Below are positions 48,634 through 57,909 of a stretch of DNA of 64,000 nt, piece by piece (the first letter of the stretch is position 1; each line of letters begins with the position of its first letter). The translations under genes and the position numbers were made by a program. The stretch is from an uncultured Candidatus Actinomarina sp. (GTDB lineage Bacteria > Actinomycetota > Acidimicrobiia > Actinomarinales > Actinomarinaceae), in contig CACJUH010000001.1 of assembly GCA_902596545.1 (NCBI GenBank), positions 6,858 through 70,857 on the forward strand. Direction: 5' to 3'. The notes under the pieces were generated by a model. The model made no database searches, was not told where the DNA came from, and worked only from the letters and a program-made list of their open reading frames with translations.

Positions 48634-49620
48634 TTATTCTGTATCAGTAGATATAATATTTTCTCTTATTGAATTTAAATATAAACCTACTACTACAAGC
48701 ACTCCTCCCACTAGGAAAAGAATTAAAGGTGGCCATATGTTATCTGGCAATATTTCAGTTATCAACCTTGGAAGGTTTATAACTAGACCCAAACCACCAA
48801 TAAAAAATATTACTTGTTCAGAAAGCTGAATACTTGCCCAAACATAAAATATTGATCCCAAAATTAAAATTAAAATACTAATTATTTCAACTTGAATGAG
48901 GTCTTCTATCAAAATTATTGTGCCAATAGAAACAGTAGATACCGATAGAAAATATCCTAACCAGCTTGGTTTCAGAAGTGTTGAGTAAGTATTTATACCC
49001 CAAATACTTCCAATAGCAATTAGAAAAAGTCCAGCAGCCCAAGGTTCGATATTCGGAAATAATAAATTCCCAATAGCACCTAGATGAAAACATATACAAT
49101 AAAATAACGCTGCATGTTGAAAAATTAATTTTGTTCTTAAAAACAAATAAAGAGCATAAAGTAAAACAAAAAACGAAACAAGAATAAAGGAGATCTCTTC
49201 ACTAAAATTTACGACTCCTGTTTCTTGGAGAATATTTATAGCAAAAGTTACCGAGGCCCCAAATGAAATATTTGAAATCAAGAAAAGAAAGGAGCTAACT
49301 CTTTCTGTTGATTTAAAAATGAATAGTCTTTCATCTTCTAATTTTTCACTATAAGTAGCTGCATAAAATAAGAAGTAAGTAGTTGCTACTAAAAGTCCTA
49401 GTTGCGCCCAATATGCAAGATTCATCCACAATAGAGGTATTGTTCCAAGAAGACCAGATAAAAGAAATAAACCTCCAATTAAAGTTATTGCTCTAGCAAC
49501 TTTAGATTTTTGATTTGGATTTGACTCTTCTTCAAACTTTACTATTTCTTCATACGAAGCTTGATTAATTAGACCATTTTCTAGCCATATATTTAACAAT
49601 TCTCTTACTTTTTTGTCCAT
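48634..49620 (-). CDS. DUF2157-like integral membrane protein
   Basis: N-terminal WLENGLI.......I motif followed by about 10 TM segments. Confidence 0.7.
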   Translation of the reverse strand: MDKKVRELLNIWLENGLINQASYEEIVKFEEESNPNQKSKVARAITLIGGLFLLSGLLGTIPLLWMNLAYWAQLGLLVATTYFLFYAATYSEKLEDERLFIFKSTERVSSFLFLISNISFGASVTFAINILQETGVVNFSEEISFILVSFFVLLYALYLFLRTKLIFQHAALFYCICFHLGAIGNLLFPNIEPWAAGLFLIAIGSIWGINTYSTLLKPSWLGYFLSVSTVSIGTIILIEDLIQVEIISILILILGSIFYVWASIQLSEQVIFFIGGLGLVINLPRLITEILPDNIWPPLILFLVGGVLVVVGLYLNSIRENIISTDTE

Positions 49621-49699
49621 AAAACAATCCTAATCAATTAAAAATTCATCTCACTAATTTTTATTTATAATCTAAACTCAATAGAGACTTTATTGTTAT

Positions 49700-49781
49700 G
49701 CCGAGATGCCCGAGCGGCCAAAGGGAGCAGACTGTAAATCTGCCGGCTACGCCTTCGTAGGTTCGAATCCTACTCTCGGCA
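49700..49781 (+). tRNA. tRNA-Tyr (GTA)
   Basis: GCCGAGA/TCTCGGC acceptor stem, anticodon loop CTGTAAA, long variable arm, GTTCGAATC. Confidence 0.97.
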
Positions 49782-49785
49782 CTTT

Positions 49786-49858
49786 GCCCTCTTAGCTCAG
49801 TCGGTAGAGCACTTCCATGGTAAGGAAGAGGTCTCCGGTTCAATCCCGGAAGAGGGCT
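49786..49858 (+). tRNA. tRNA-Thr (GGT)
   Basis: GCCCTCT/AGAGGGC stem, CTTCC-ATGGTAA-GGAAG anticodon arm, GTTCAATC. Confidence 0.96.
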
Positions 49859-49880
49859 CAGAGGCTAAAATAAGTCTTAT

Positions 49881-49954
49881 GGCGGCGTAGCTCAGTTGGT
49901 AAGAGCGCACGACTCATAATCGTGAGGTCGGCAGTTCAAGTCTGCCCGCCGCTA
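49881..49954 (+). tRNA. tRNA-Met (CAT), elongator type
   Basis: GGCGGCG/CGCCGCT stem, CACGA-CTCATAA-TCGTG, GTTCAAGT. Confidence 0.93.
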
Positions 49955-49978
49955 CTAGTTAAAAAAGGAGAGTAAAAG

Positions 49979-50140
49979 ATGGCTTCAGACAAGAGACCAC
50001 CTTTAACTATGGTTTGCACAGAATGCAAAGCACAGAATTATGTAACTACTAAGAATAAAACGAACGTTCCAGACAGGATGGAATTTAAAAAATATTGTTC
50101 TAGTTGTAGAAAACACCAACTTCATAGAGAAAAAAGATAG
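49979..50140 (+). CDS. rpmG: 50S ribosomal protein L33 (Zn-binding form), not in the ORF track
   Basis: [53 protein letters not shown]; SD AAGGAG. Confidence 0.96.
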   Translation: MASDKRPPLTMVCTECKAQNYVTTKNKTNVPDRMEFKKYCSSCRKHQLHREKR

Positions 50141-50177
50141 ATTTATTGAGTTTTCCTAATTATTCTTGATATAGATA

Positions 50178-50762
50178 ATGAGTAATACATCAGAGGCGAG
50201 CAACCACAGTGATGAAATTTCTAATTCTGAGCTAGTTAGAAAATCACAACTCGGAGACAAAGCTGCATTTGAACAGCTTGTTATTAGGCATCAAGATTTA
50301 GTTTTTTCTCTTGCTTATAAACTTACAGGAAATAGAGAAATGGCAAACGATGTAGCACAAGAGGCTTTTATAAGGGCTTGGAAAGCTATTGAAAAATTTA
50401 GAGGCGATTCCACTTTTAGTACTTGGATTTATAGAATTACTGTCAATACTGCATGGACCTTGAGAAAAAAAGCTAAAAAGCACAATACTTTAAATATTGA
50501 CGACACTTACGAACCAATCGTGATTGATGAGAAAAAAGATCCTGAGTTAGTTGCTATAAACTCTGACCTATCGTCTGTATTAATCAATGCATTAGATAAA
50601 ATTCCGATTGAGCAGAGAATTATCGTTGAACTAAAAAATATAGAAGGAAGATCTCATAAAGAGATTGCAGATTACTTAGACATAAGCGTTACTGCTGCAA
50701 AGGTTAGACTTCATAGAGCTCATCAAAAGTTAAGACAGATTTTAGAGGAAGTTGAACGATGA
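50178..50762 (+). CDS. ECF RNA polymerase sigma factor
   Basis: GDKAAFEQLV, DVAQEAFIRAW, FRGDSTFSTWIYRI, EIA......AKVRLHRA. Confidence 0.92.
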   Translation: MSNTSEASNHSDEISNSELVRKSQLGDKAAFEQLVIRHQDLVFSLAYKLTGNREMANDVAQEAFIRAWKAIEKFRGDSTFSTWIYRITVNTAWTLRKKAKKHNTLNIDDTYEPIVIDEKKDPELVAINSDLSSVLINALDKIPIEQRIIVELKNIEGRSHKEIADYLDISVTAAKVRLHRAHQKLRQILEEVER

Positions 50763-51133
50763 GAGATTTTTTTAATGATTTGAAAAAAAATATTCTGTGT
50801 AAAAGAACAAGAAATAAGATGCTCTCAGCATATTTAAGTAATGAATATTTTGGTTTCGATGATAACTTACACGCATCTTCCTGCATCAAATGTCAGGTTT
50901 CTGGTAAAAGATACAAAGCCTTCAAAGAAGAGTTAGATAATGAATTGCAAAAAGATGTAGAGGTTCCAACAGATTTTGCCTCAAAAGTAATGTCTTCACT
51001 TGATAAAAAAGTAAAAACAACTACAAGTAAGAGCACAAAAATAATATTATTGACATTGCTTGGAATATTATCAATTGTATTTTTAATATTTGGAAGAAAA
51101 CGCTCTTCTAATAAATTAGAGAAGGAGCAATAA
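50759..51133 (+). CDS. Putative membrane-anchored zinc-binding anti-sigma factor
   Basis: C...LSAYL...HASSCIKC (Hx3Cx2C), C-terminal TM, ATGA-coupled to the sigma gene. Confidence 0.78.
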   Translation: MRDFFNDLKKNILCKRTRNKMLSAYLSNEYFGFDDNLHASSCIKCQVSGKRYKAFKEELDNELQKDVEVPTDFASKVMSSLDKKVKTTTSKSTKIILLTLLGILSIVFLIFGRKRSSNKLEKEQ

Positions 51134-51136
51134 CTT

Positions 51137-51210
51137 AGGGGTGTAGCTCTAATTGGCAGAGCGACGGTCTCCAAAACCGTAGGTTGTGAGTTCGAGTCTC
51201 ACCGCCCCTG
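51137..51210 (+). tRNA. tRNA-Trp (CCA)
   Basis: AGGGGTG/CGCCCCT stem, ACGGT-CTCCAAA-ACCGT, GTTCGAGT; canonical position before secE. Confidence 0.96.
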
Positions 51211-51221
51211 CAGAGGTAATT

Positions 51222-51524
51222 ATGAATGAAATGAACAGAGAAATGAGGAGAATGTCCGAACGTGAAGAGCGTTTGGCAAAAAAAGCTGATAGAAATATTG
51301 GCAAATATCAATCCGGAGAAAAAGTTTCTAGATTTAAGAGAATTACAAATTATCTTGGAGAGGTTAGGACCGAATTAAAAAGAGTTAACTGGCCTACATA
51401 TTCAACCCTAACTTCATTCACACTTGTAACAATTATTACAATTGCATTTTTTACAGTATTTATTTTTGGAATGGACTTTAGTTTTAAAAATTCTTTGATT
51501 AACCTATTAACCTTTGGTGAATAA
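51222..51524 (+). CDS. secE: Preprotein translocase subunit SecE
   Basis: EVRTELKRVNWP plus one TM; start moved to ATG 51222 (SD GAGGT) because the longer ORF overlaps tRNA-Trp. Confidence 0.93.
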   Translation: MNEMNREMRRMSEREERLAKKADRNIGKYQSGEKVSRFKRITNYLGEVRTELKRVNWPTYSTLTSFTLVTIITIAFFTVFIFGMDFSFKNSLINLLTFGE

Positions 51525-52144
51525 TGGTAGAAGATACAGTTACAACAGAAGAAACAGATGAATTAAGTGATGAAATAGAGGATTCTCCTTCTCATCCTTA
51601 TGACTTGCCAGGCGAGTGGTTTGTATTAAATGCACAATCTGGACATGAAAAAAAAGTCAGAACAAATATTTTAACTAGAATAAAGAATCTTCATTTAGAA
51701 GATAAAGTATATGATGTAGTAATTCCTACTGATGAAGTTGTAGAAATTAGAAACGGTAAAAAAGTTAATTTAGAAAAAAAGACTTTTCCCGGATATGTAC
51801 TTGTAAGAATGGATCTCGATGATACTACTTGGTACGAAATTAGGAACACACCTTCAATCATTGGATTTGTTGGTTCTGGAAAAAGACCTATCCCTTTATC
51901 TAGAAGAGAGATTGAACGAATTTTAGGATCTAATGAAGAGGTAGAAGTTAAAAAAGAGTCTCCAAAATTCAAACCAGATTTTGAAATTGGAGAGACAGTA
52001 AGAGTTACAACAGGTCCTTTTGCAGACTTCAATGGAATTATTGAGGAAATTAATTTAGACCAATCAAAAGTTACAGTTTTAGTTAATATATTTGGACGAG
52101 AAACTCCTGTAGAGCTTGGCTTTACAGATATAGTGAAAAATTAA
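51524..52144 (+). CDS. nusG: Transcription factor NusG
   Basis: [36 protein letters not shown]. Confidence 0.97.
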   Translation: MVEDTVTTEETDELSDEIEDSPSHPYDLPGEWFVLNAQSGHEKKVRTNILTRIKNLHLEDKVYDVVIPTDEVVEIRNGKKVNLEKKTFPGYVLVRMDLDDTTWYEIRNTPSIIGFVGSGKRPIPLSRREIERILGSNEEVEVKKESPKFKPDFEIGETVRVTTGPFADFNGIIEEINLDQSKVTVLVNIFGRETPVELGFTDIVKN

Positions 52145-52152
52145 GGATACAA

Positions 52153-52578
52153 ATGTCAAAACCAATTAAAGCATTACTCAAATTACAAATACCTGGCGGA
52201 GGAGCTACACCAGCACCACCAGTTGGTTCAGCGTTGGGTCAGTATGGTGTGAACATCATGGATTTTGTTCAAGCATTTAATAATGATACTGCAAGCAGAC
52301 AGGGAGAAACTGTACCAGTAGAAATAACAATATATGAAGATAATTCATTCACTTTTGTTACAAAAACTGCTCCAGCTTCATATTTAATTAAAAAGGCAAT
52401 AGGTCTAGAATCAGGATCTCCAGAACCGCATAAAGAAAAAGTCGCCTCAATCACAAGAGATCAACTAAAAAATATTGCTGAAGCGAAAATGGAAGATTTG
52501 AATGCAAATGATATTGACGCGGCTATCAATATTATTGCTGGAACTGCAAGATCAATGGGAGTGACTGTAGAAAATTAA
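52153..52578 (+). CDS. rplK: 50S ribosomal protein L11
   Basis: [27 protein letters not shown]. Confidence 0.98.
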   Translation: MSKPIKALLKLQIPGGGATPAPPVGSALGQYGVNIMDFVQAFNNDTASRQGETVPVEITIYEDNSFTFVTKTAPASYLIKKAIGLESGSPEPHKEKVASITRDQLKNIAEAKMEDLNANDIDAAINIIAGTARSMGVTVEN

Positions 52579-52590
52579 AGACTAGTTATA

Positions 52591-52619
52591 TTTGGGAGAT
52601 TAAAATCGCTCGAACCAAA
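52591..52619 (+). promoter_or_regulatory. Probable L1-binding autoregulatory RNA element between rplK and rplA
   Basis: TTTGG-GAG-ATT..AAT-CGCTCGAA-CCAAA: stem with internal loop resembling the L1 site, next to the rplA SD. Confidence 0.6.
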
Positions 52620-52628
52620 GGAGTATAA

Positions 52629-53315
52629 ATGAAAAAACACGGAAAAAAATACACACAAGCCAAAGAGAAAATATCTGAGACTAAACAATCGAAATCAGAA
52701 GCTATTAAAACCTGTCAAGAGGTAGCATCAGCAAAATTTGATGAATCTATTGATGCTTCTTTTTCTTTAGGTATTGATCCAAAAGATGCAGAACAAAATA
52801 TTAGAAGTACAGTTTCTTTGCCAAATGGTACTGGTAAAGAGGTAAAAATTGCTGTTTTTGCTGGTGGAGAGGCGCTAACAGAAGCTGAGGAAGCAGGAGC
52901 AGACATAGTTGGTGGTAAAGAATTGGCTACAAAAGTTGCTTCAGAAGAGAAGTTAGATGTTGATATTGTAATTTCTACACCTGAAATGATGGCTGAAGTT
53001 GGTCAATTAGGTAAAATTCTTGGACCTAAGGGTCTAATGCCTAATCCAAAAACCGGTACAGTAACCCCTAATGTTGCAAAAGCTGTTGAAGACTTTAAAA
53101 AAGGAAAGATAGAAATTAAAAATGATAAATTTGGAAATTTACAAATGTCCATAGGTAAAGTTTCATTTGATGCAGATAGTCTTTTACAAAACTTTGATGA
53201 AGTTATTGCAGAAGTCTTAAAATCTAAACCAGCTTCTTCAAAGGGTGAGTATATAAAAAGTGTTTACATTTCATCAACTATGGGTCCATCAATACCAGTT
53301 GATATAAATTTGTAA
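52629..53315 (+). CDS. rplA: 50S ribosomal protein L1
   Basis: [33 protein letters not shown]. Confidence 0.98.
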   Translation: MKKHGKKYTQAKEKISETKQSKSEAIKTCQEVASAKFDESIDASFSLGIDPKDAEQNIRSTVSLPNGTGKEVKIAVFAGGEALTEAEEAGADIVGGKELATKVASEEKLDVDIVISTPEMMAEVGQLGKILGPKGLMPNPKTGTVTPNVAKAVEDFKKGKIEIKNDKFGNLQMSIGKVSFDADSLLQNFDEVIAEVLKSKPASSKGEYIKSVYISSTMGPSIPVDINL

Positions 53316-53368
53316 TTTATTTGTATTTAAAATTAAAAGACGTTTATATTGTTAAAAGACAATTAAAA

Positions 53369-53444
53369 CCAAAGACCGTTAGTCATAGATTGTAAATCTA
53401 ACGCAGGTAAAGTGATTATGGTCCTTGGTATGCAAGGATTTTTT
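53369..53444 (+). promoter_or_regulatory. L10 leader (rplJ autoregulatory RNA)
   Basis: CCAAAGACCGTTAG...CTAACGCAGG kink-turn-like motif, then TCCTTG..CAAGGA-T7 hairpin directly before rplJ. Confidence 0.75.
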
Positions 53445-53446
53445 AT

Positions 53447-54040
53447 ATGGTAAGAGAAGATAAAGTTCAAGCTGTTAAAGACTTAGAAGATTTATTTAAG
53501 TCTGCAAACGCTTTGGTATTGGCAGAATATAGAGGTCTTACTGTATCTCAACAAACTAAGTTAAGAAGATCTTTAAAAAATGCTGGTGCATCCTTTAATG
53601 TAGTGAAGATGTCTCTTGCTAAAAGAGCAGCTGAAAATATTGGATTAGATTCACTATCAGATTATTTTGCAGGACCTACTGGTGTCACAATTATTGATTC
53701 TGATCCTGTAGAAGCTGCAAAAGTATTAAAAGATTTTTCAAAAGAAAACGATGCCTTTGTAGTTAAAGGTGGATTAATGAATTCAGAACCTTTAACTGTT
53801 GAACAAATTAATGTGCTTGCGAATATTGAACCTAGAGATGTACTTCTTGCCAAAATTGCTGGAGGATTCAATGCACCTCTAGTAAAAGTAGCTGCGGGCA
53901 CAAAAGCTATTATCAATAAAGCATCTTATGCTTTGAGTGCATTGGTCGATAAAAAAGCATCGACAGACGAAGTTTCTGAAGTTGCCTCTTCTGATGAGGA
54001 TGTTGCAATTTCTGAAGAAGTTAAAAATGAGGAGGAATAA
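53447..54040 (+). CDS. rplJ: 50S ribosomal protein L10
   Basis: EYRGLTV, GPT, KGG; position between rplA and rplL. Confidence 0.96.
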   Translation: MVREDKVQAVKDLEDLFKSANALVLAEYRGLTVSQQTKLRRSLKNAGASFNVVKMSLAKRAAENIGLDSLSDYFAGPTGVTIIDSDPVEAAKVLKDFSKENDAFVVKGGLMNSEPLTVEQINVLANIEPRDVLLAKIAGGFNAPLVKVAAGTKAIINKASYALSALVDKKASTDEVSEVASSDEDVAISEEVKNEEE

Positions 54041-54043
54041 CAA

Positions 54044-54430
54044 ATGGCTAAAATGACAACTGATGAGTTGCTTGGCGTATTTGAGGAGATGACAGTATTA
54101 GAATTAAAAGAATTCTTAGACGCTTTTGAAGAAAAGTTTGATGTTACTGCTGCAGCCCCTGTCGCTGTTGCTGCTGCACCAGCAGGTGGAGGAGATGACG
54201 CAGGAGCAGGAGAAGAAAAAGATTCTTTTGATGTTGTTCTTGCAGATGCAGGATCACAAAAGATACAAGTTATCAAAGAAGTTAGGGGCTTAACTAGTTT
54301 AGGACTAAAAGAAGCCAAAGAACTTGTTGATAACGCTCCTTCAGATATACTTTCTGGTGCTTCTAAAGAAGATGCTGAAAAAGCTAAAGAAGCCTTAGAA
54401 GGTGCTGGCGCAACTGTAGAATTAAAATAA
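54044..54430 (+). CDS. rplL: 50S ribosomal protein L7/L12
   Basis: [40 protein letters not shown]. Confidence 0.98.
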   Translation: MAKMTTDELLGVFEEMTVLELKEFLDAFEEKFDVTAAAPVAVAAAPAGGGDDAGAGEEKDSFDVVLADAGSQKIQVIKEVRGLTSLGLKEAKELVDNAPSDILSGASKEDAEKAKEALEGAGATVELK

Positions 54431-54516
54431 TTTTATTATTATTTGTTTGCTTAAATAATAAGTACTAATATACTCTACCTTTCGGGTAGTTGTTATTAAT
54501 TTTTTTAGGAGGCTTG

Positions 54517-57500
54517 TTGTCCGCTGTTCAGAATTCTAGACTTTCGTTTGCAAAAATTCCAAAAGTTCTAGATATTCCAGATTTATTAATTATACAAAAA
54601 GATTCCTTCAAGTGGTTTATTGAAGAAGGTCTAAAAGAAATACTTGAAGAAATTTCACCTATTGAAGATTTCTCTGGTCGTTTTTCATTAGAATTTTTGA
54701 ACCATTATTTTGAAGAACCACTAAAGACTCTTGAAGACTGCAGAGTAACAGACTCAACTTATTCACAACCTTTATATGTAACTGCCCAATTTCTTGATAG
54801 AGAAACAGGCCAGATTAAACAACAGACAGTATTTTTAGGCGACTTCCCAATTATGACTGATACTGGTACATTCGTTATAAATGGCACAGAAAGAGTAATT
54901 GTAAGTCAGCTAGTTAGATCTCCAGGTGTATATTTTTCTCAGGAAATTGACAAGACTTCAGACAAAGAAGTTTTTATTGGAAAAATGATTCCTGGAAGAG
55001 GTGCATGGCTTGAATTTGATACGGACAAAAGAGACACTTTAGGTGTAAGAGTAGATAGAAAAAGAAGACAGCACATTACTGGTTTTTTAATGGCTCTGGA
55101 TGTAATTGAAAATAAAGAAGATGCTATTGAGCTTCTTGGAGATTATCCATCAGTACATAACACTATTGAAAGAGATCCTGATACTACTAGAGAAGCAGCG
55201 CTCATTGATTTATATAGAAAACTTCGTCCAGGAGAACCTGCTTCAGTTGAATCAGCTAGAAATTTGGTAAAGCAGATGTTCTACACTCCTAAGAGATATG
55301 ACCTAACAAAGGTTGGAAGATACAAGGTTGAGCAAAAACTTGGTCGTCAATACGGTGAGAAAGATGCTGAAACTTACTCTACCGAAGTTGATGGCATGTT
55401 AAGAATAGAAGATATGATTGACTCAATTAAATATGTAATTGCTTTACATGCAGGTGAAGAAAGTTTTGTAAACAATTTAGGAAAAGAAATTCCGGTCAAA
55501 CTAGATGATATTGATCATTTTGGAAATAGAAGAATCAGAACAGTTGGAGAATTAGTTCAAAATCAGGTACGTGTCGGCCTTAGTAGATTAGAGAGAGTTG
55601 TTAGAGAAAGAATGACTACCCAGGAACCAGAAGCAATTACTCCACAATCATTAATAAATATAAGACCTATTCAAGCTTCGTTAAAAGAGTTTTTTGGAAC
55701 AAGTCAATTAAGTCAATTTATGGATCAACCAAACCCGATTGCTGGTCTTACTCATAGAAGAAGACTTTCAGCCCTTGGACCAGGAGGCCTTTCTAGAGAG
55801 AGAGCAGGTTTTGAAGTCAGAGACGTTCATCCATCACATTACGGAAGAATGTGTCCAATTGAGACTCCAGAAGGTCCAAATATTGGACTTATTGGTACAT
55901 TGGCAACTTATGGAAGAGTTAATAAATTTGGTTTTATTGAAACTCCCTATTGGAAAGTTGAAAATGGTGTAGTAAAAACAAGTAGAGCAGTATATCTCAC
56001 TGCTGCACAAGAAGACATATATACAATAGCTCAAGCTAATGCACCTTTAAATGAAGATGGAACCTTTCAAAACAAGAGAGTGCTTGCAAGACAAGATGGA
56101 GGATCAGTAGCTTTCGTCTCAGATAAAGATATAGATTACATGGACGTTAGTCCAAAACAAATTTGTTCCGTAACTACTGCATTAATACCTTTCCTTGAAC
56201 ACGATGATGCAAATAGAGCCTTAATGGGTTCAAACATGCAACGACAAGCTGTTCCTCTTGTAAAAACAGAAGCTCCTTATGTTGGAACTGGCATGGAAGA
56301 AAATGTAGCTAGAGATTCTGGCGAAGCTCTAATTTCAAATATTACAGGAGTCGTTGAGGAAGTTACAGGTGACGAAATAACCGTCAAAGAAGATGGAACA
56401 AATAAAAAATTTAGATATCAAGTACTTAAATTTAAGCGTTCAAACCAAGCAACTAGTTGGAATCAAAAACCATTAGTTAAAGTTGGAACAAAAGTAAAGC
56501 CCGGTGATGTTTTAGCTGATGGGCCAAGTACCCAGGGAGGAGAATTGGCACTAGGGAAAAACTTACTAGTTGGATATATGCCATGGGATGGATACAACTT
56601 CGAAGATTCTATTGTTATTTCTGAAAGACTTGTCAAAGAAGATGTTCTTACCTCTGTCCACATAGCTGAACACGAAATTGAAGCTAGGGATACAAAATTA
56701 GGTGAAGAAGAAATAACTAGAGATATTCCTAATGTTGCTGAAGAGGTTTTAATGGACCTTGATGAAATGGGCATTGTAAGAATTGGTGCTGAAGTATCAC
56801 CTGGAGATTATTTGGTTGGGAAAGTAACTCCAAAAGGTGAGACAGAACTAACTCCAGAGGAGAGACTTTTAAGAGCAATATTTGGCGAAAAAGCTAGAGA
56901 AGTTAGAGATACTTCTTTAAGAGTTCCTCATGGTGAAAGAGGAAAAGTAATTGATGTACAAATTTTAAAGAGAGACGATGGTGCTGATTTGCCACCAGGT
57001 GTTAATCAAAAAGTAAGAGTTTATGTAGCAATACAAAGAAAAATCCAAGTTGGAGATAAGTTATCCGGAAGACATGGCAACAAGGGAGTGATTTCAAAAA
57101 TCCTACCTGTTGAAGACATGCCTTACATGGAAGATGGCAGATCACTTGATATTATGCTCTCACCTTTAGGTGTTCCAAGTCGAATGAATCTTGGTCAAAT
57201 ATTAGAAACCCATTTAGGTTGGGCTGCAGACCAAGGTTGGAATGAATATAAAGGTGAAACAAAAGCTGCTAAAGGTGCAAAACCTGGAACATTAATATCA
57301 ACCCCTGTTTTTGATGGAGCTGATGAAGATGAAATTCATGAAATTTTAAGAAATGTTAACCCAAATAGAGATGGAAACTTGCTTGTCGATGAAGATGGAA
57401 AAGCAACCTTGTTTGATGGCCGAACAGGAGAAGCTTTTGATTCAAAGATAACTGTTGGGTACACATATATATTAAAACTTATTCATTTAGTTGATGAAAA

Positions 57501-57906
57501 AATTCACGCAAGATCAACCGGACCTTATTCAATGATTACTCAACAGCCACTTGGAGGTAAAGCTCAATTTGGAGGTCAAAGATTTGGTGAAATGGAAGTA
57601 TGGGCTCTAGAAGCTTACGGTGCAAGCTATGCCTTACAGGAACTGTTAACAATTAAATCTGACGATACCGTAGGAAGAGTAAAAGTTTATGAATCAATTG
57701 TTAAAGGTGATAATATACCAGAACCAGGAATCCCTGAATCATTTAAAGTCCTCCTTAAAGAGATGCAAAGTCTTTGCTTAAATGTAGAAATCCTTTCTGC
57801 TGGAGAAGAAATTTCAATGAAGGATATTAGCGATGAATATGTAAAAACAGCTGAAACATTAGGAATTGATATGACAAGACCAGAACAAGACGAGGCTGAG
57901 GTATAA
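54517..57906 (+). CDS. rpoB: RNA polymerase beta subunit
   Basis: [39 protein letters not shown]; start probably TTG after AGGAGG (ORF track gives 54490). Confidence 0.98.
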   Translation: MSAVQNSRLSFAKIPKVLDIPDLLIIQKDSFKWFIEEGLKEILEEISPIEDFSGRFSLEFLNHYFEEPLKTLEDCRVTDSTYSQPLYVTAQFLDRETGQIKQQTVFLGDFPIMTDTGTFVINGTERVIVSQLVRSPGVYFSQEIDKTSDKEVFIGKMIPGRGAWLEFDTDKRDTLGVRVDRKRRQHITGFLMALDVIENKEDAIELLGDYPSVHNTIERDPDTTREAALIDLYRKLRPGEPASVESARNLVKQMFYTPKRYDLTKVGRYKVEQKLGRQYGEKDAETYSTEVDGMLRIEDMIDSIKYVIALHAGEESFVNNLGKEIPVKLDDIDHFGNRRIRTVGELVQNQVRVGLSRLERVVRERMTTQEPEAITPQSLINIRPIQASLKEFFGTSQLSQFMDQPNPIAGLTHRRRLSALGPGGLSRERAGFEVRDVHPSHYGRMCPIETPEGPNIGLIGTLATYGRVNKFGFIETPYWKVENGVVKTSRAVYLTAAQEDIYTIAQANAPLNEDGTFQNKRVLARQDGGSVAFVSDKDIDYMDVSPKQICSVTTALIPFLEHDDANRALMGSNMQRQAVPLVKTEAPYVGTGMEENVARDSGEALISNITGVVEEVTGDEITVKEDGTNKKFRYQVLKFKRSNQATSWNQKPLVKVGTKVKPGDVLADGPSTQGGELALGKNLLVGYMPWDGYNFEDSIVISERLVKEDVLTSVHIAEHEIEARDTKLGEEEITRDIPNVAEEVLMDLDEMGIVRIGAEVSPGDYLVGKVTPKGETELTPEERLLRAIFGEKAREVRDTSLRVPHGERGKVIDVQILKRDDGADLPPGVNQKVRVYVAIQRKIQVGDKLSGRHGNKGVISKILPVEDMPYMEDGRSLDIMLSPLGVPSRMNLGQILETHLGWAADQGWNEYKGETKAAKGAKPGTLISTPVFDGADEDEIHEILRNVNPNRDGNLLVDEDGKATLFDGRTGEAFDSKITVGYTYILKLIHLVDEKIHARSTGPYSMITQQPLGGKAQFGGQRFGEMEVWALEAYGASYALQELLTIKSDDTVGRVKVYESIVKGDNIPEPGIPESFKVLLKEMQSLCLNVEILSAGEEISMKDISDEYVKTAETLGIDMTRPEQDEAEV

Positions 57907-57909
57907 ACA

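Noticed and set aside
49661-49843. 60-aa minus-strand ORF
   Set aside because: It is the antisense of tRNA-Tyr and tRNA-Thr.
49700-51210. tRNA genes as integration sites; lack of encoded CCA
   Set aside because: No integrase or duplicated tRNA 3' end was seen nearby; a missing CCA is common and is added enzymatically.
51186-51221. N-terminal extension of SecE in the ORF track
   Set aside because: It overlaps tRNA-Trp; ATG 51222 has a proper SD.
55696-55790. RpoB rifampicin-region differences ([16 protein letters not shown])
   Set aside because: The key Asp, His and Ser positions are intact, and Ala at the variable Ser position occurs in susceptible taxa; no basis for a resistance call.
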